From Candidatus Zixiibacteriota bacterium (GTDB taxonomy: Bacteria; Zixibacteria; MSB-5A5; GN15; FEB-12), in the NCBI GenBank assembly GCA_036826635.1, contig DAISVY010000012.1:9170-73169 (forward strand): a stretch of 64,000 nt of DNA. The letters are read 5' to 3'. Of this stretch, positions 55,901 through 63,519 are shown piece by piece. Under the pieces are notes generated by a model. It saw only the letters and a program-made list of their open reading frames with translations, had not been told where the DNA came from and searched no databases. The position numbers were made by a program, and so were the translations under genes. Each line of letters starts with the position of its first letter. Within the stretch, counting starts at the first letter, position 1.

Positions 55901-58900
55901 AACGAGCCAGGTCACCGACTACAACTTCAAGGTAGGCACTTGAATCGACCGCGCCCAGATTGGACGAGGCCGTCACCTGCCCGGTCCCAACCGTCGTAGC
56001 TTCGAAAAGACCATCGGTATCAATTGTCCCCAGAGACGCGGTCAAATTCCAGGTAATAGTTCCCGGATGGCGTTCGTTGCCATCGGCGTCATAGCCCACC
56101 ACCTCGTACTGAAGCGTAGAATCGGCGGACAGGATAGCCGAGTCCGGTGAAATAGTGATACTGGCCAGTTCGCCCGGTACCACTTTAAGGTAAGCGCTCG
56201 AATCCGTCACCCCCAGATCGGAGGAGGCCGTCACCTGCCCCGTACCCGTAGTCGTGGCTTCGAAAAGACCATCGGTACCAATCGTCCCCAGAGACGCGGT
56301 CAGATCCCAGGTGATCGTACCCGCATTCCGTTCGTTGCCGTCGGCGTCATAGCCGAGGACTTCATACTGAAGAGTGGAATCAGTCGAAACGACCGCCGAA
56401 TCGGGTAAGACAACAAGGTAACTCAGCGACCCGACAGTTACCACAATCGGTCCGACCGTATCAGCCAGACCGCCGCCGGAAGCTACTATCCATCCGCTTC
56501 CAACGGTAGTCGGGGAAAACAATCCGCCGGTCGAAATCGTGCCGATATCCCCCAGAACCGACCAGGCAGGGACCACGGCGGGAACGCTCTGGTTGCCGTC
56601 GGCATCGAGCGACTTCACGTAGAATTGCAGCGAGCTGTCGGTGGTGAGGGTAGCCGAAGTCGGAGACACCGACAACTTAGCGGGATGACCTGCCGTACAG
56701 GTAATCACGCCCGTACTATCGATAATCGTCGGCGAAGAGCGAGCGACAACACGCCCCGTTCCCGGTTTGGTGAGAATCATGGTCGTGGAAGTACCGACCG
56801 AATCGGACAGATGACCAATACCATCGGCCCCGATAAGGAACCACGAAACCGAGACATCGCCCAACTCCCACCAGAGATCGCTATAACCGCGCGCATACAA
56901 AACTGTCGTGTCATTGTCCGTAGCAAGGGTGGTATCACCCACCACCGTACCATCTTCAAGCTGGATTTGTACGTGCGTAAAGAAATTCGATACATGAACG
57001 CGGGCCGAGTCACTCAGGCCGCCATGGTCGGCCACAACCCAGTACCAACCGTAAACAACCCCTGCTTTGTATAAGCCGGTCCCGGACACGCTGCCGCTGA
57101 CATCGGAAGTGCTCCAGGTTACGGTACTCGTGAGGCCGCTGACCAGGTTAGAGTCGCTGTCCTTACCCGTAGCTGAGAACTGAACCGAATCCAGTCGGTG
57201 AATCGTTACTTCTTCCGGGGTAACCCGAAGCGTTACCGGATCGCCGGGAATGACCCAAATAGTGTCGGTGGTATCGACCGGTCCGAGATCACTGGAAACC
57301 CGAATGAAACCCACCCCCGCCGTCTGCGCCTCGAAGAGCCCGGTCGCGTCGATCAAACCGATCCCGTCTATGACCTGCCACGTCAGGCTACCGTGTTCGG
57401 ACACCTCGTTGCCGTTAGCGTCGTAGCCGGTCACGCTGAACTGACGGGTAGAATCGGCCGAGACCGTATCGCGGTCGGGGGTAATGGCCAGACTGACCAT
57501 GCTGCCGGACACAACTTCCAGGAATATGGTTGAATCCGTCAGCCCAAGGCTGGTATCGCTTACCACTATTCGACCCGAGCCTGACAAATCAGGAGTAAAA
57601 AGACCGGTGGCATCGATTGAACCGGTGGCGAACGTATGCGTCCAGACCGGGTTATCCACCGCCACCGTATCCCCTTCGTTGTTCACCGCCACTATCTCGA
57701 ACTGGTAGGTGGAATCGGCAAACAGGGAATCGTATTCCGGGACGATTTCAAAACTGCTTATTCCGGCGATTTCGTGAGCGCCCATATCCGGGGCGGTACC
57801 CAGATAGGTATAACCCAGATCCATACCGGCGTCGACAGCCGGAGAATTGGAGGCCAGCCTGAAATCACTGGCCGCCGTATCCATGAAAAGCGGGTCGGCC
57901 GATATTCCTCCGGCCGAATCGACCGGACCGTCGTAATGACCGTTGGCATTATCCCAAAGGTCATTGAAACCGCAGACGTTGTCGACATCGGCGTGGATAC
58001 CCTTGTCGTTCCAGGCAATGATGTTATTGAAGGCGCGCAATGTCTGGACACTGGATTGACACTCTATACCATTCCTGTCACAAAGGACTATCGTATTTCC
58101 ATATAACCGATTGTTCTCACCGGCATCGCGGTTATTGATACCCTGACTATTACACCGGGCGACGATGTTGCGGAGTATGAGATTGGCACTCCCTTCCAAC
58201 TGAAGGCCATCCTTGCCGACCTCGTGAATATAGCAATCCGAAATCCGACAGGAGTCTCCCTGCAGCATTATCCCGTCTTCGTTGCCGGCGGTTATCTCCA
58301 GCCCTTCCAGAAAGACATGATCACTATCGATGACGATAACGTTGTCTACTACCTCGTCACCGTCAATGAGCACCGAAGCATTCTCGTAGGCCCGGTATAT
58401 AATCGGAAAAGCGGCGGTTCCGTCGGTGTGGAAAGACAGCGACGTCGACAACACGTACGTACCGGCAAGGATGTTGACGGTATCCCCCGGTTGCAGAGTC
58501 GCCGTAATCTCGCCGTTATCGATTGACGCCCAGGCATCGGCGATACTCAATCCGTCGTTACCGTCGTCACCGACTGGACTGACATAAAAAGCCCGGCCGC
58601 CCGCATATTCCACGGCTCCGATATCGGGAGCGTTGCCGGTGTAAGCATCCCCGATATCAATACCGGCATCAATGACCGGAGATGTCGCCTGCACACTGAA
58701 ATCACCCGAGGCGGGATCGACGAAAAGCGGGTCGACATAGATACTCCCGGCCGAATCGGTGGCACCACCGCCGTAGTCACTGGTCGTGTTGTTCCAGAAG
58801 CAATTGAAGGCGCAAACATTACCCGACAGAGCGTCAAACCCCAGGTTGTTACCGGAAAACACGTTGTTTATGGCCCGGCCCGTGACAACTGTCGACCGGA

Positions 58901-59498
58901 TATAAAGACCTCTCAACCCGTTGCCGTGGAATACGTTGTTGTAATGCTCGTTGTATTCACCGGTAGGATCGTTGTCTAATCCCGATTCGCTGTTGAACGC
59001 AAATACGTTCCTCTTGAAGCAATTGTAACTTCCGTGGACATAAATGCCGTCCGCCCCGTTGTTGTGCACGTAACAATCGGAAATCACGCAAGAGTCGGAT
59101 TCGACAAACATCCCCTGTATCTGGGAATTGTAAATGTTCAGCCTTTCAAGCCTGGTGAATTTCCCTTCCATGGAAACGGGCGCGAATGCCTGCCAGTTAC
59201 CGTTAAGATAAGACCAGGCGGTATCGTCGCCGCGATAGACAATCGGGTCCGCAGCCGTACCATCGGTTATCAGGCGCATCGTCCCGGCGAGCACATACGT
59301 ACCCGGCAGAACATACACCGTATCTCCGGGTACAAGCACACCGGTCTGATCACCGTTATCGAGCGACAACCAGGCGCTTTCCGAAGAGAGCCCATCGTCG
59401 AAATCGTTCCCGGTCGGGGAGACATAATAAGTAGTAGCTCCGACGCTCCGGACCAGAACGGCAGAAATGAAAAATACGACGAGGAATGCTTTGCGCAT
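49920..59498 (-). CDS. Giant (3192 aa) T9SS-sorted surface protein: 2 parallel beta-helix modules, 9 Ig-like (Big_2-type) domains, about 1730 aa of unassigned repeat modules, and a C-terminal sorting domain
   Basis: Signal peptide MRKAFLVVFFISAVLVRSVGA. Residues 23-577 hold two paralogous right-handed beta-helix/DUF1565-like modules (YYVSPTGND..., FYVSPVGDD...). Residues 578-1365 are nine ~86-aa Ig-like domains. Residues 1366-3096 are repeated ~155-170-aa modules with no family I can name. Residues 3097-3192, NYPNPFNPAQDGATTIGYVL...PGTYFCRI...KIAIIR, form the sorting domain (nt 49923-50210). Confidence 0.85.
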   Translation of the reverse strand: MRKAFLVVFFISAVLVRSVGATTYYVSPTGNDFDDGLSSESAWLSLDNGDQTGVLVPGDTVYVLPGTYVLAGTMRLITDGTAADPIVYRGDDTAWSYLNGNWQAFAPVSMEGKFTRLERLNIYNSQIQGMFVESDSCVISDCYVHNNGADGIYVHGSYNCFKRNVFAFNSESGLDNDPTGEYNEHYNNVFHGNGLRGLYIRSTVVTGRAINNVFSGNNLGFDALSGNVCAFNCFWNNTTSDYGGGATDSAGSIYVDPLFVDPASGDFSVQATSPVIDAGIDIGDAYTGNAPDIGAVEYAGGRAFYVSPVGDDGNDGLSIADAWASIDNGEITATLQPGDTVNILAGTYVLSTSLSFHTDGTAAFPIIYRAYENASVLIDGDEVVDNVIVIDSDHVFLEGLEITAGNEDGIMLQGDSCRISDCYIHEVGKDGLQLEGSANLILRNIVARCNSQGINNRDAGENNRLYGNTIVLCDRNGIECQSSVQTLRAFNNIIAWNDKGIHADVDNVCGFNDLWDNANGHYDGPVDSAGGISADPLFMDTAASDFRLASNSPAVDAGMDLGYTYLGTAPDMGAHEIAGISSFEIVPEYDSLFADSTYQFEIVAVNNEGDTVAVDNPVWTHTFATGSIDATGLFTPDLSGSGRIVVSDTSLGLTDSTIFLEVVSGSMVSLAITPDRDTVSADSTRQFSVTGYDANGNEVSEHGSLTWQVIDGIGLIDATGLFEAQTAGVGFIRVSSDLGPVDTTDTIWVIPGDPVTLRVTPEEVTIHRLDSVQFSATGKDSDSNLVSGLTSTVTWSTSDVSGSVSGTGLYKAGVVYGWYWVVADHGGLSDSARVHVSNFFTHVQIQLEDGTVVGDTTLATDNDTTVLYARGYSDLWWELGDVSVSWFLIGADGIGHLSDSVGTSTTMILTKPGTGRVVARSSPTIIDSTGVITCTAGHPAKLSVSPTSATLTTDSSLQFYVKSLDADGNQSVPAVVPAWSVLGDIGTISTGGLFSPTTVGSGWIVASGGGLADTVGPIVVTVGSLSYLVVLPDSAVVSTDSTLQYEVLGYDADGNERNAGTITWDLTASLGTIGTDGLFEATTTGTGQVTASSDLGVTDSSAYLKVVPGELASITISPDSAILSADSTLQYEVVGYDADGNERHPGTITWNLTASLGTIDTDGLFEATTVGTGQVTASSNLGAVDSSAYLEVVVGDLARLAISPDSAIVSADSTLQYEVLGYDADDNQRDMGTITWDLTASLGTIGTDGLFEATTTGTGQVTVSSDLGVTDSSAYLEVVSGELVRIVVSPDTAAVSLGDSVQFSVTGYDADSNVTSAGEITWRSVGRIGSIDTTGLFIASRPGNGQIRATSNIRDIADSSGTIQVDELHLTTIALGQSRLRPNQADAVVLAFRIENYFDHAKTVTDLTVRDASRGVGTAEQRLSNVDSIALYLDIDNDSLLSGSDSLLVTAVYDTAVVNLPLGPLTIGPDSGRTLLVTVTAGMYPRDGDSIDLELFTATDITTADATTVVGPDTANSLGYAVFDGSIAAQYGVVSTGVEIMSPGDTVYNVMILDVPRNGYAADELNVFTVTNMGTAQVDDIDSLVLYVDDGNGVWGGSAEETRLGELSFTGSQWTLSGLSTVMTDTLTRFYLAAGLAAYPVQGATVAFEVPIEGVRMSSGNDGPIDIVLEPADTISIQTEQALTVANLPLLDHRLTPGEYSDPIMCLRLKNSYANSVSVDSLLCQLVAADPDGADQSQLDSQIDSLMLYADLDGNPMAIGAADTLVASALVSDGRAVFVTDGFTIGGVGDSLSLSVVAAISLANAKNGNRINISIDDSTDVYTSDGERVTGVFPVTNPDDFTVDAFPSAAVTVNEVEGSTLFGGCTVEPVLDIELPRDGYAVGHLKQITLVNIGTFEESSDLMSLRLWFDAAADGFDGDEELVGQFVYNGLSWTLAELSWPLNALHNRMIVTASIGSGQFKGGTLQFRIPRQGIEYLSGTIGPDDVALSNPSAHLVLPSDRITVISIPASSVNVLPGSAENVILTFALYNGYVGQEQTLQTLRLTNTTRSVSTMSFADYEVGQVSLYYDADNNRLLDGDPLAASASFYDGELQLSGLNIALPPESLLYFWVLVDVPQNVIDSDSLAVVVPRQDDIIFSSPVNINGDLPLTSGAYLVVDGSIAAQYNVRDLPARTLSPGDTSVTLFSFRPAFNGDQTDFLQSLRLANLADADTSDISSLELWKDNDASEDWSSSDLLLGTFTYTGTEWNITTLDLAVNSTPPVLFVVGDVAASAAPGAEFQGEIPINGCQYASANDGPHDAALSGENRFTISNSSLRAGYEPLAESYSVGQTIAVHFNATNLLPIQIDDVQAQVVGISDSELVVFDSSASGPVAVSSGTSAEFVFYYTALQPGEVSWQLRAVAESLPDSSAVIQTSAVHIQTSPADVLVELINSMPTSVTRGQSSVFPMSIAITHPDTAATGADLRLDSLVLRVEDGFGTPQAADEALSRVVIAAGYVIVAAVEEVPHTSDLLLTFTEPVLIAPGKSSNLMLIVSIDSAASASSFALALESAASTVLVDANTLLPVSINPAVSFPLRTASCRLDDPSQALATSSVSLLGSTANYGQNGVEAVMLRFRHGGDVGTSQIQLSGLSFCLADLAGDPVEAAAILQSASALRQQVVVGHVADFRTDSTHVNLSLTSPLTLSAGEIDSLTIILSLVEETSLDGFSLLITDSTCFTVRDLSSGSPLQVSPDTMLATGDVFPIRTGWTQLRYPAGAPQLCVTAPLSAAVVGGVDSLVLMELALVYPFTTDYSSVRIGDILVSVLDADGTMLRPEFLFDRVGISIGDAPVTYQSFIEPLIGAVTFEMGTEGVLLNPGDSVTVGLYGDIEADVPYDNFVLEISASPAITVRDASDTTRSPGIEVADGCADGFPFRTEETDIFQPAGRPVLSTVTAPVQLTCAGQTGLIVFSGDLEYDSPTLEGDLVVASWQGKVVRRYSDHLEAGAGAEIFRAVHLVFDDEVVATDSVLNGDTLLFTIDGGYDVSSGGTVPVSVVCDVRDDARRGDYLILFEDSTSFDIADKNMATAIYPVLESGTSYPLYGTEISITEASLGQSFTNYPNPFNPAQDGATTIGYVLSEDAHVDIELFSITGEAVKTVAENAFREAGSQQTDIWSGDNDAGCDVVPGTYFCRITAHYVSGRTEEHKRKIAIIR
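50211..55403 (-). repeat. Unassigned repeat-module region of the giant protein (about ten modules of 155-170 aa)
   Basis: A recurrent skeleton is visible in the translation, e.g. L.FTV(T/L)N.G...(D/S)DI.SL.L(Y/W).D...LG.(F/L).(F/Y).G..W.(L/I)...F.(I/V)P..G.....NDGP.D in modules 2, 4 and 6. Modules 1, 3 and 5 carry a second subtype (..(F/L).(I/L).N.(F/Y)......SI.LY.D.D.N). Confidence 0.6.
55404..57767 (-). repeat. Coding tandem array of nine Ig-like (Big_2-type) domains
   Basis: Units of 86, 87, 86, 99, 86, 86, 86, 86 and 86 aa. They share ...SPD...V..(A)DST.QF.V.GYDA.GN......TW....G.ID..GLF.A...G.G.V...S. Confidence 0.75.
55662..56435 (-). repeat. Three highly similar 258-bp (86-aa) tandem units (Ig domains 6-8)
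   Basis: The anchor GTCACCTG recurs at 55714, 55972 and 56230, an exact 258-nt period. Long identical runs include CGAAAAGACC.TCGGTA.CAAT.GTCCCCAGAGACGCGGTCA. The proteins differ at only a few positions (DSTLQYEV(L/V)GYDAD(G/D)N(E/Q)R...GLFEATT(T/V)GTGQVT). Confidence 0.85.
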
Positions 59499-59779
59499 GC
59501 TGAAAATCCGGACCTCTTTATTTCCTTTGATTATCGGTCGATTCCCGCAAAACCTAAACCGTCCATCTCGTTACGCGAGATTACGACAGACCAGAAAAAA
59601 AGACTGAAATAACCCCGAAGACCTCAAAGGCCGAGTTACTGACAAAACTTCCAATAATCCACACAACCGATTGGCGAACAATACGTTAGGGCATTAACGT
59701 ACGCCTCTTGACCACCCTTGAAAAAAGTCGTAGCTTGCTTTGGTAAAAAAGCACCCTGTACACATTTGCGGAGATCCCG

Positions 59780-61222
59780 ATGAAAGATAAACTCAAGGAG
59801 TGCATAGGACTTCTGAAGGCTAAGGGCGTCGACTATGCCGATTGCCGTTTCGTACGCCGTCAGAAAGAATCCGTGCGGGCGTCCGATGGTCGGGTCGATT
59901 CACTGGCCCGAAACCTGGATGTTGGAGTCGGCATCAGGGTATTGACCGGCGGTTCGTGGGGATTCGCGGCCAGTGCCAACCTGACAGCGGCCGAGTTGAA
60001 GAAAACGGCCAACAGAGCACTACAGATTGCCAGAGCCTCGGCCATTATCAAACATGAACCGGTGGTCCTGGCCGAACAGGAAGCGTATATCGACCACTAC
60101 CGCTCCGACTGCAAGGTTGATCCTTTTGAAGTATCGTCGGATGTAAAGATCGACCTGCTACTGAAAACATGCGAAATCCTGATGAAATCCAAAAAGATCA
60201 AAACCGCCGAAGCATCAATGGATTTCTTCAAAACCAACAAGCTGTTCGTTTCGTCCGAAGGAGCGGAGATCGAACAGGACATCATCGAATCCGGCGGTGG
60301 CTATAGCGCCGTGGCGTTCGACGGTGGCCACGCCCAAAAGCGTTCCTATCCCAACTCCTTCGGTGGTGATTTCATGACCCGCGGCTATGAGTTCATCGAG
60401 GAATTGAATTTTCTCGACCACGCCGAGCGGGTGCGCGAGGAAGCTATCGCCCTGCTGACGGCACCGCCCTGCCCCGAGGAAGAAACGACGATCATCATCA
60501 GCGCTCCGCAGATGGCCCTGCAGGTGCATGAATCATGCGGCCACCCGGTCGAGCTGGACCGCGCTCTCGGGACCGAAATTTCACTGGCCGGAGGCTCGTT
60601 CATGACCATCGACAAACTGAACAAGCTTCAGTACGGCTCGAAGATCGTGAATATCACGGCCGACGCAACCTCGCCGGGCGGACTGGGAACGTTCGGTTAT
60701 GACGACGAGGGGGTAAAGGCTCAGCGAACACCGATTATCAAAAACGGACTTTTTGTCGGCTATTTGACCAGCCGCGAGACAGCCCCGATAATAAAGCAAC
60801 GCTCGAACGGAACGATGCGGGCCGACGGCTGGAATCGCCTGCCGATCATCCGTATGACCAACATCAATCTGGAACCGGGTACGTGGGAGCTGAAAGATCT
60901 GATCGCCGACACGAAGAAGGGGATATTCTTCGACCTGAACAAGAGTTGGTCAATCGATGACCGCCGTCTCAATTTCCAGTTCGGCGTGGAAGCCGCCTGG
61001 GAAATAAAGAACGGCAAGCTCGGTCGGATGTTCAAAAATGCAACCTACACGGGCATTACGCCCGAATTCTGGAATTCCTGCGACGCTGTCTGCAACAAAA
61101 ACCACTGGCACATCTGGGGAGTACCGAACTGCGGCAAAGGTGAACCGATGCAGACGGCCCATGTGGCCCACGGCGCGGCCCCGGCTCGTTTTCACAAAGT
61201 GAAAGTGGGGGTGACGAAATGA
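59780..61222 (+). CDS. tldD: TldD-family zinc metalloprotease
   Basis: 480 aa. Metal-binding motif HESCGHPVELD (HExxxH), GSWGFA, and a C-terminal GxC...AHVAHGAAP-type region, paired with a PmbA-like gene. Confidence 0.85.
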   Translation: MKDKLKECIGLLKAKGVDYADCRFVRRQKESVRASDGRVDSLARNLDVGVGIRVLTGGSWGFAASANLTAAELKKTANRALQIARASAIIKHEPVVLAEQEAYIDHYRSDCKVDPFEVSSDVKIDLLLKTCEILMKSKKIKTAEASMDFFKTNKLFVSSEGAEIEQDIIESGGGYSAVAFDGGHAQKRSYPNSFGGDFMTRGYEFIEELNFLDHAERVREEAIALLTAPPCPEEETTIIISAPQMALQVHESCGHPVELDRALGTEISLAGGSFMTIDKLNKLQYGSKIVNITADATSPGGLGTFGYDDEGVKAQRTPIIKNGLFVGYLTSRETAPIIKQRSNGTMRADGWNRLPIIRMTNINLEPGTWELKDLIADTKKGIFFDLNKSWSIDDRRLNFQFGVEAAWEIKNGKLGRMFKNATYTGITPEFWNSCDAVCNKNHWHIWGVPNCGKGEPMQTAHVAHGAAPARFHKVKVGVTK

Positions 61223-62571
61223 TCGGCAAAGAAAAACTATTCGCCCAACTCGAAAAAGTCCTGGCCTCATCCCGGGCCGATCAGACCGAAATAGTCTATG
61301 TCGGCAGCGAATCCGGCCTGACCCGCTACGCCAATTCACACATTCACCAGAACGTATTTCAGGACAACCACCAAGTTTATTTCCGTTCGGTTCTGGGTAA
61401 GCGTGTCGGTGTAGCCTCGACCAACTCTCTCGTACCGGCAGACCTGAAAAAAACGCTGGGTGATTCGATTGAAATCGCACGGCAACAACCGGAAAACCCG
61501 ACTTTCCCCGGACTTCCCAAGCCGGCCAGATACAAAGACATCGATACTTTCGATCCCGACACGGCGCGTTACACGCCGAAGGATCGGGCCAAAATCGTCA
61601 AGCGGATCGTGACCGAAGCCGCTCGAAAGAAATTTACCGCCGCCGGTTCTTTTGCCACCACCTCCGGTGAGATTGCAGTCCTTAATTCTCTGGGCTTGCA
61701 GGCATACCAGCCGGTGACTTCGGCCTCGGTCAACATGATCGTCATGTCCGATACTTCGTCGGGTTACGCTTCCGGCACGGCACGGCGGGCCGGTGATCTT
61801 AACATCTCCGCCATGGCCAAAAGAGCCGTGCAGAAGTGCGACTTGTCACAGAACCCCGAACAAATCGAACCGGGAGAATACGAGGTCCTGCTGGAGCCGC
61901 CCGCTGTAGCCGAAATGCTGGAGTGGCTCAATTTCGTCGGCTTCGGTTCCAAACCGTTCCTGCAAAAGATGTCGTTCCTTTCGGGCAAGATCGGCAAAAA
62001 GATCACTTCGGAAAAAGTCAGCATCTACGACGACGGTCTGGATCTCCGTTCGATAGCTTTCCCCTTCGATTTCGAGGGTGTCCCGAAAAAGAAAGTCTAC
62101 TTCATCAAAAACGGGATAGCCAAAGGCGTGGTGTACGACACCATAGCAGCCCTCAAGAATAAAACCAGGTCGACCGGCCACGCCGTTCTCCCGGACGAGC
62201 GCGATGAAGGAGCGTTAGGCTTCAACATCGCCATGGCCCCCGGCACGGTCAGACGAGACCGGATGATATCAAAAGTGAAAAACGGTATTCTGGTCACGCG
62301 TTTTCACTATCTCAACGGACTTATCGATCCGCGGAATTCGGTTCTTACGGGCATGACACGCGACGGCACGTTTCTCGTTGAGAACGGTGAGATCAAGTGT
62401 GGTCTGAAGAACCTTCGGTTCACCGACTCCTTCGCCCGGGCTTTCAAATCGGTGATAGCCATGTCTCGTGAGAGGGAATGTATCGAGTCGTGGTGGAGCG
62501 CGATCGGTTGTATCACGGTCCCGGCCGTGCATCTCAAATCGTTCCGTTTTTCCGGCAAGACCGATTTCTGA
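61219..62571 (+). CDS. pmbA: PmbA/TldE-family protein (TldD partner, no HExxxH)
   Basis: 450 aa. TldD/PmbA-fold blocks: FDFEGVPKKKV.FIKNGI, VTRFHYLNG, and FLVENGEIK. ATGA overlap with tldD. Confidence 0.8.
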   Translation: MIGKEKLFAQLEKVLASSRADQTEIVYVGSESGLTRYANSHIHQNVFQDNHQVYFRSVLGKRVGVASTNSLVPADLKKTLGDSIEIARQQPENPTFPGLPKPARYKDIDTFDPDTARYTPKDRAKIVKRIVTEAARKKFTAAGSFATTSGEIAVLNSLGLQAYQPVTSASVNMIVMSDTSSGYASGTARRAGDLNISAMAKRAVQKCDLSQNPEQIEPGEYEVLLEPPAVAEMLEWLNFVGFGSKPFLQKMSFLSGKIGKKITSEKVSIYDDGLDLRSIAFPFDFEGVPKKKVYFIKNGIAKGVVYDTIAALKNKTRSTGHAVLPDERDEGALGFNIAMAPGTVRRDRMISKVKNGILVTRFHYLNGLIDPRNSVLTGMTRDGTFLVENGEIKCGLKNLRFTDSFARAFKSVIAMSRERECIESWWSAIGCITVPAVHLKSFRFSGKTDF

Positions 62572-62581
62572 TCAAACAAAA

Positions 62582-62617
62582 GGCCGGGCTCTTAAAATGA
62601 GTCCGGCCTGTCGATAT
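62582..62617 (-). terminator. Hairpin terminator between convergent genes (T-run on the minus strand; may act in both directions)
   Basis: GGCCGGGCTC (62591-62600) / GAGTCCGGCC (62608-62617), 9 of 10 bp paired, with a 7-nt loop. The minus strand continues TTTTGTTTG. It lies between the pmbA stop (62571) and the 62635 stop. Confidence 0.55.
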
Positions 62618-62634
62618 CGCTTTAATCTTCCGAA

Positions 62635-63492
62635 TCATTCAAGCGGGGCGTTTTTCAAGTGAATCAGTAATTCGATATATCGGTCTTTCAATGCCACACG
62701 TCCATACTCACCGTTGAAATCCTTGAAGGCGAAGCCGTCTTTCCATTTGCGAGTTACCTGCAGTTCTCGGTCGAGGTTCTTTACCAGATGTGCATAAGCC
62801 TCCTCGGCTTTCTTCGTCCCGGGGTACGGCACCAGTATGCAGGTGTAACTGATATTGCTGTCGGCATAATCGGCGACCACACCGAACGCTCTGCCTTCCA
62901 GACTCAGGATGTCTCCCGACCCGAACGTATAAATCGGCTGCAGACTGTAGCGACCGCGAATAATCGATTCCGAACCCGGCACCAAATTGCGCTGAGACAA
63001 TTTACCAAAAAGCGTAATCGGTACACCCTCGGGGATTTTTTCCAAAGTGATATTCGCCATCGTTACCATCACGGGCAAAAGCGCGTCGTCACCGATGAAA
63101 CTGTTCACCTGTATGAAATACCGGTTCTTGACAATGGTAAGTTGCGAACTGCTTCCCGTATTGCGGGCATTGATTCCTTCAACCGGCTTTTCCTTACCGC
63201 ACTTCATCAGGTAAATACCCAGGGCTCCTTCGGGGCTGTCCATCTGATAAATCTCAAGATCTATTTCCTGCTCTCCCCTGGCGTAGCGCTGGACAACCAA
63301 TTGCTCGAAGCCGAACTCCAGAAACAACTCCGCACCGCCGTCGATATGACCGTAGAGATCGCTGCCCGCGAACTTTACCCTCTCACCCGAACGTTTCCAG
63401 CCGTCATAAAAATCATCAGGGGGAATAACCGGCCGGGCGGCGACATAACCAGCCATAAATAACACGACGCAAATACAAATCAGTCTTTTCAT
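62635..63492 (-). CDS. Secreted hypothetical protein
   Basis: 285 aa. Signal peptide MKRLICICVVLFMAGYVAARP, and a coding-like composition with no stops. The motif DLYGHIDGGAELFLEFGF recalls an uncharacterised domain family that I cannot name with confidence. Confidence 0.5.
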   Translation of the reverse strand: MKRLICICVVLFMAGYVAARPVIPPDDFYDGWKRSGERVKFAGSDLYGHIDGGAELFLEFGFEQLVVQRYARGEQEIDLEIYQMDSPEGALGIYLMKCGKEKPVEGINARNTGSSSQLTIVKNRYFIQVNSFIGDDALLPVMVTMANITLEKIPEGVPITLFGKLSQRNLVPGSESIIRGRYSLQPIYTFGSGDILSLEGRAFGVVADYADSNISYTCILVPYPGTKKAEEAYAHLVKNLDRELQVTRKWKDGFAFKDFNGEYGRVALKDRYIELLIHLKNAPLE

Positions 63493-63519
63493 GTCTTTCT
63501 TATCTCACCAATCTAACAG

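Noticed and set aside
55404-57767. Regular ~258-bp periodic repeats as a possible CRISPR or satellite array
   Set aside because: The period is far too long for CRISPR, there is no repeat/unique-spacer alternation, and the repeats are in-frame coding Ig-like domains.
50096-59612. Dozens of 60-265-aa ORFs on both strands within the giant gene
   Set aside because: All are nested in one uninterrupted 9.6-kb frame whose product has a signal peptide, recognisable domains and a sorting domain.
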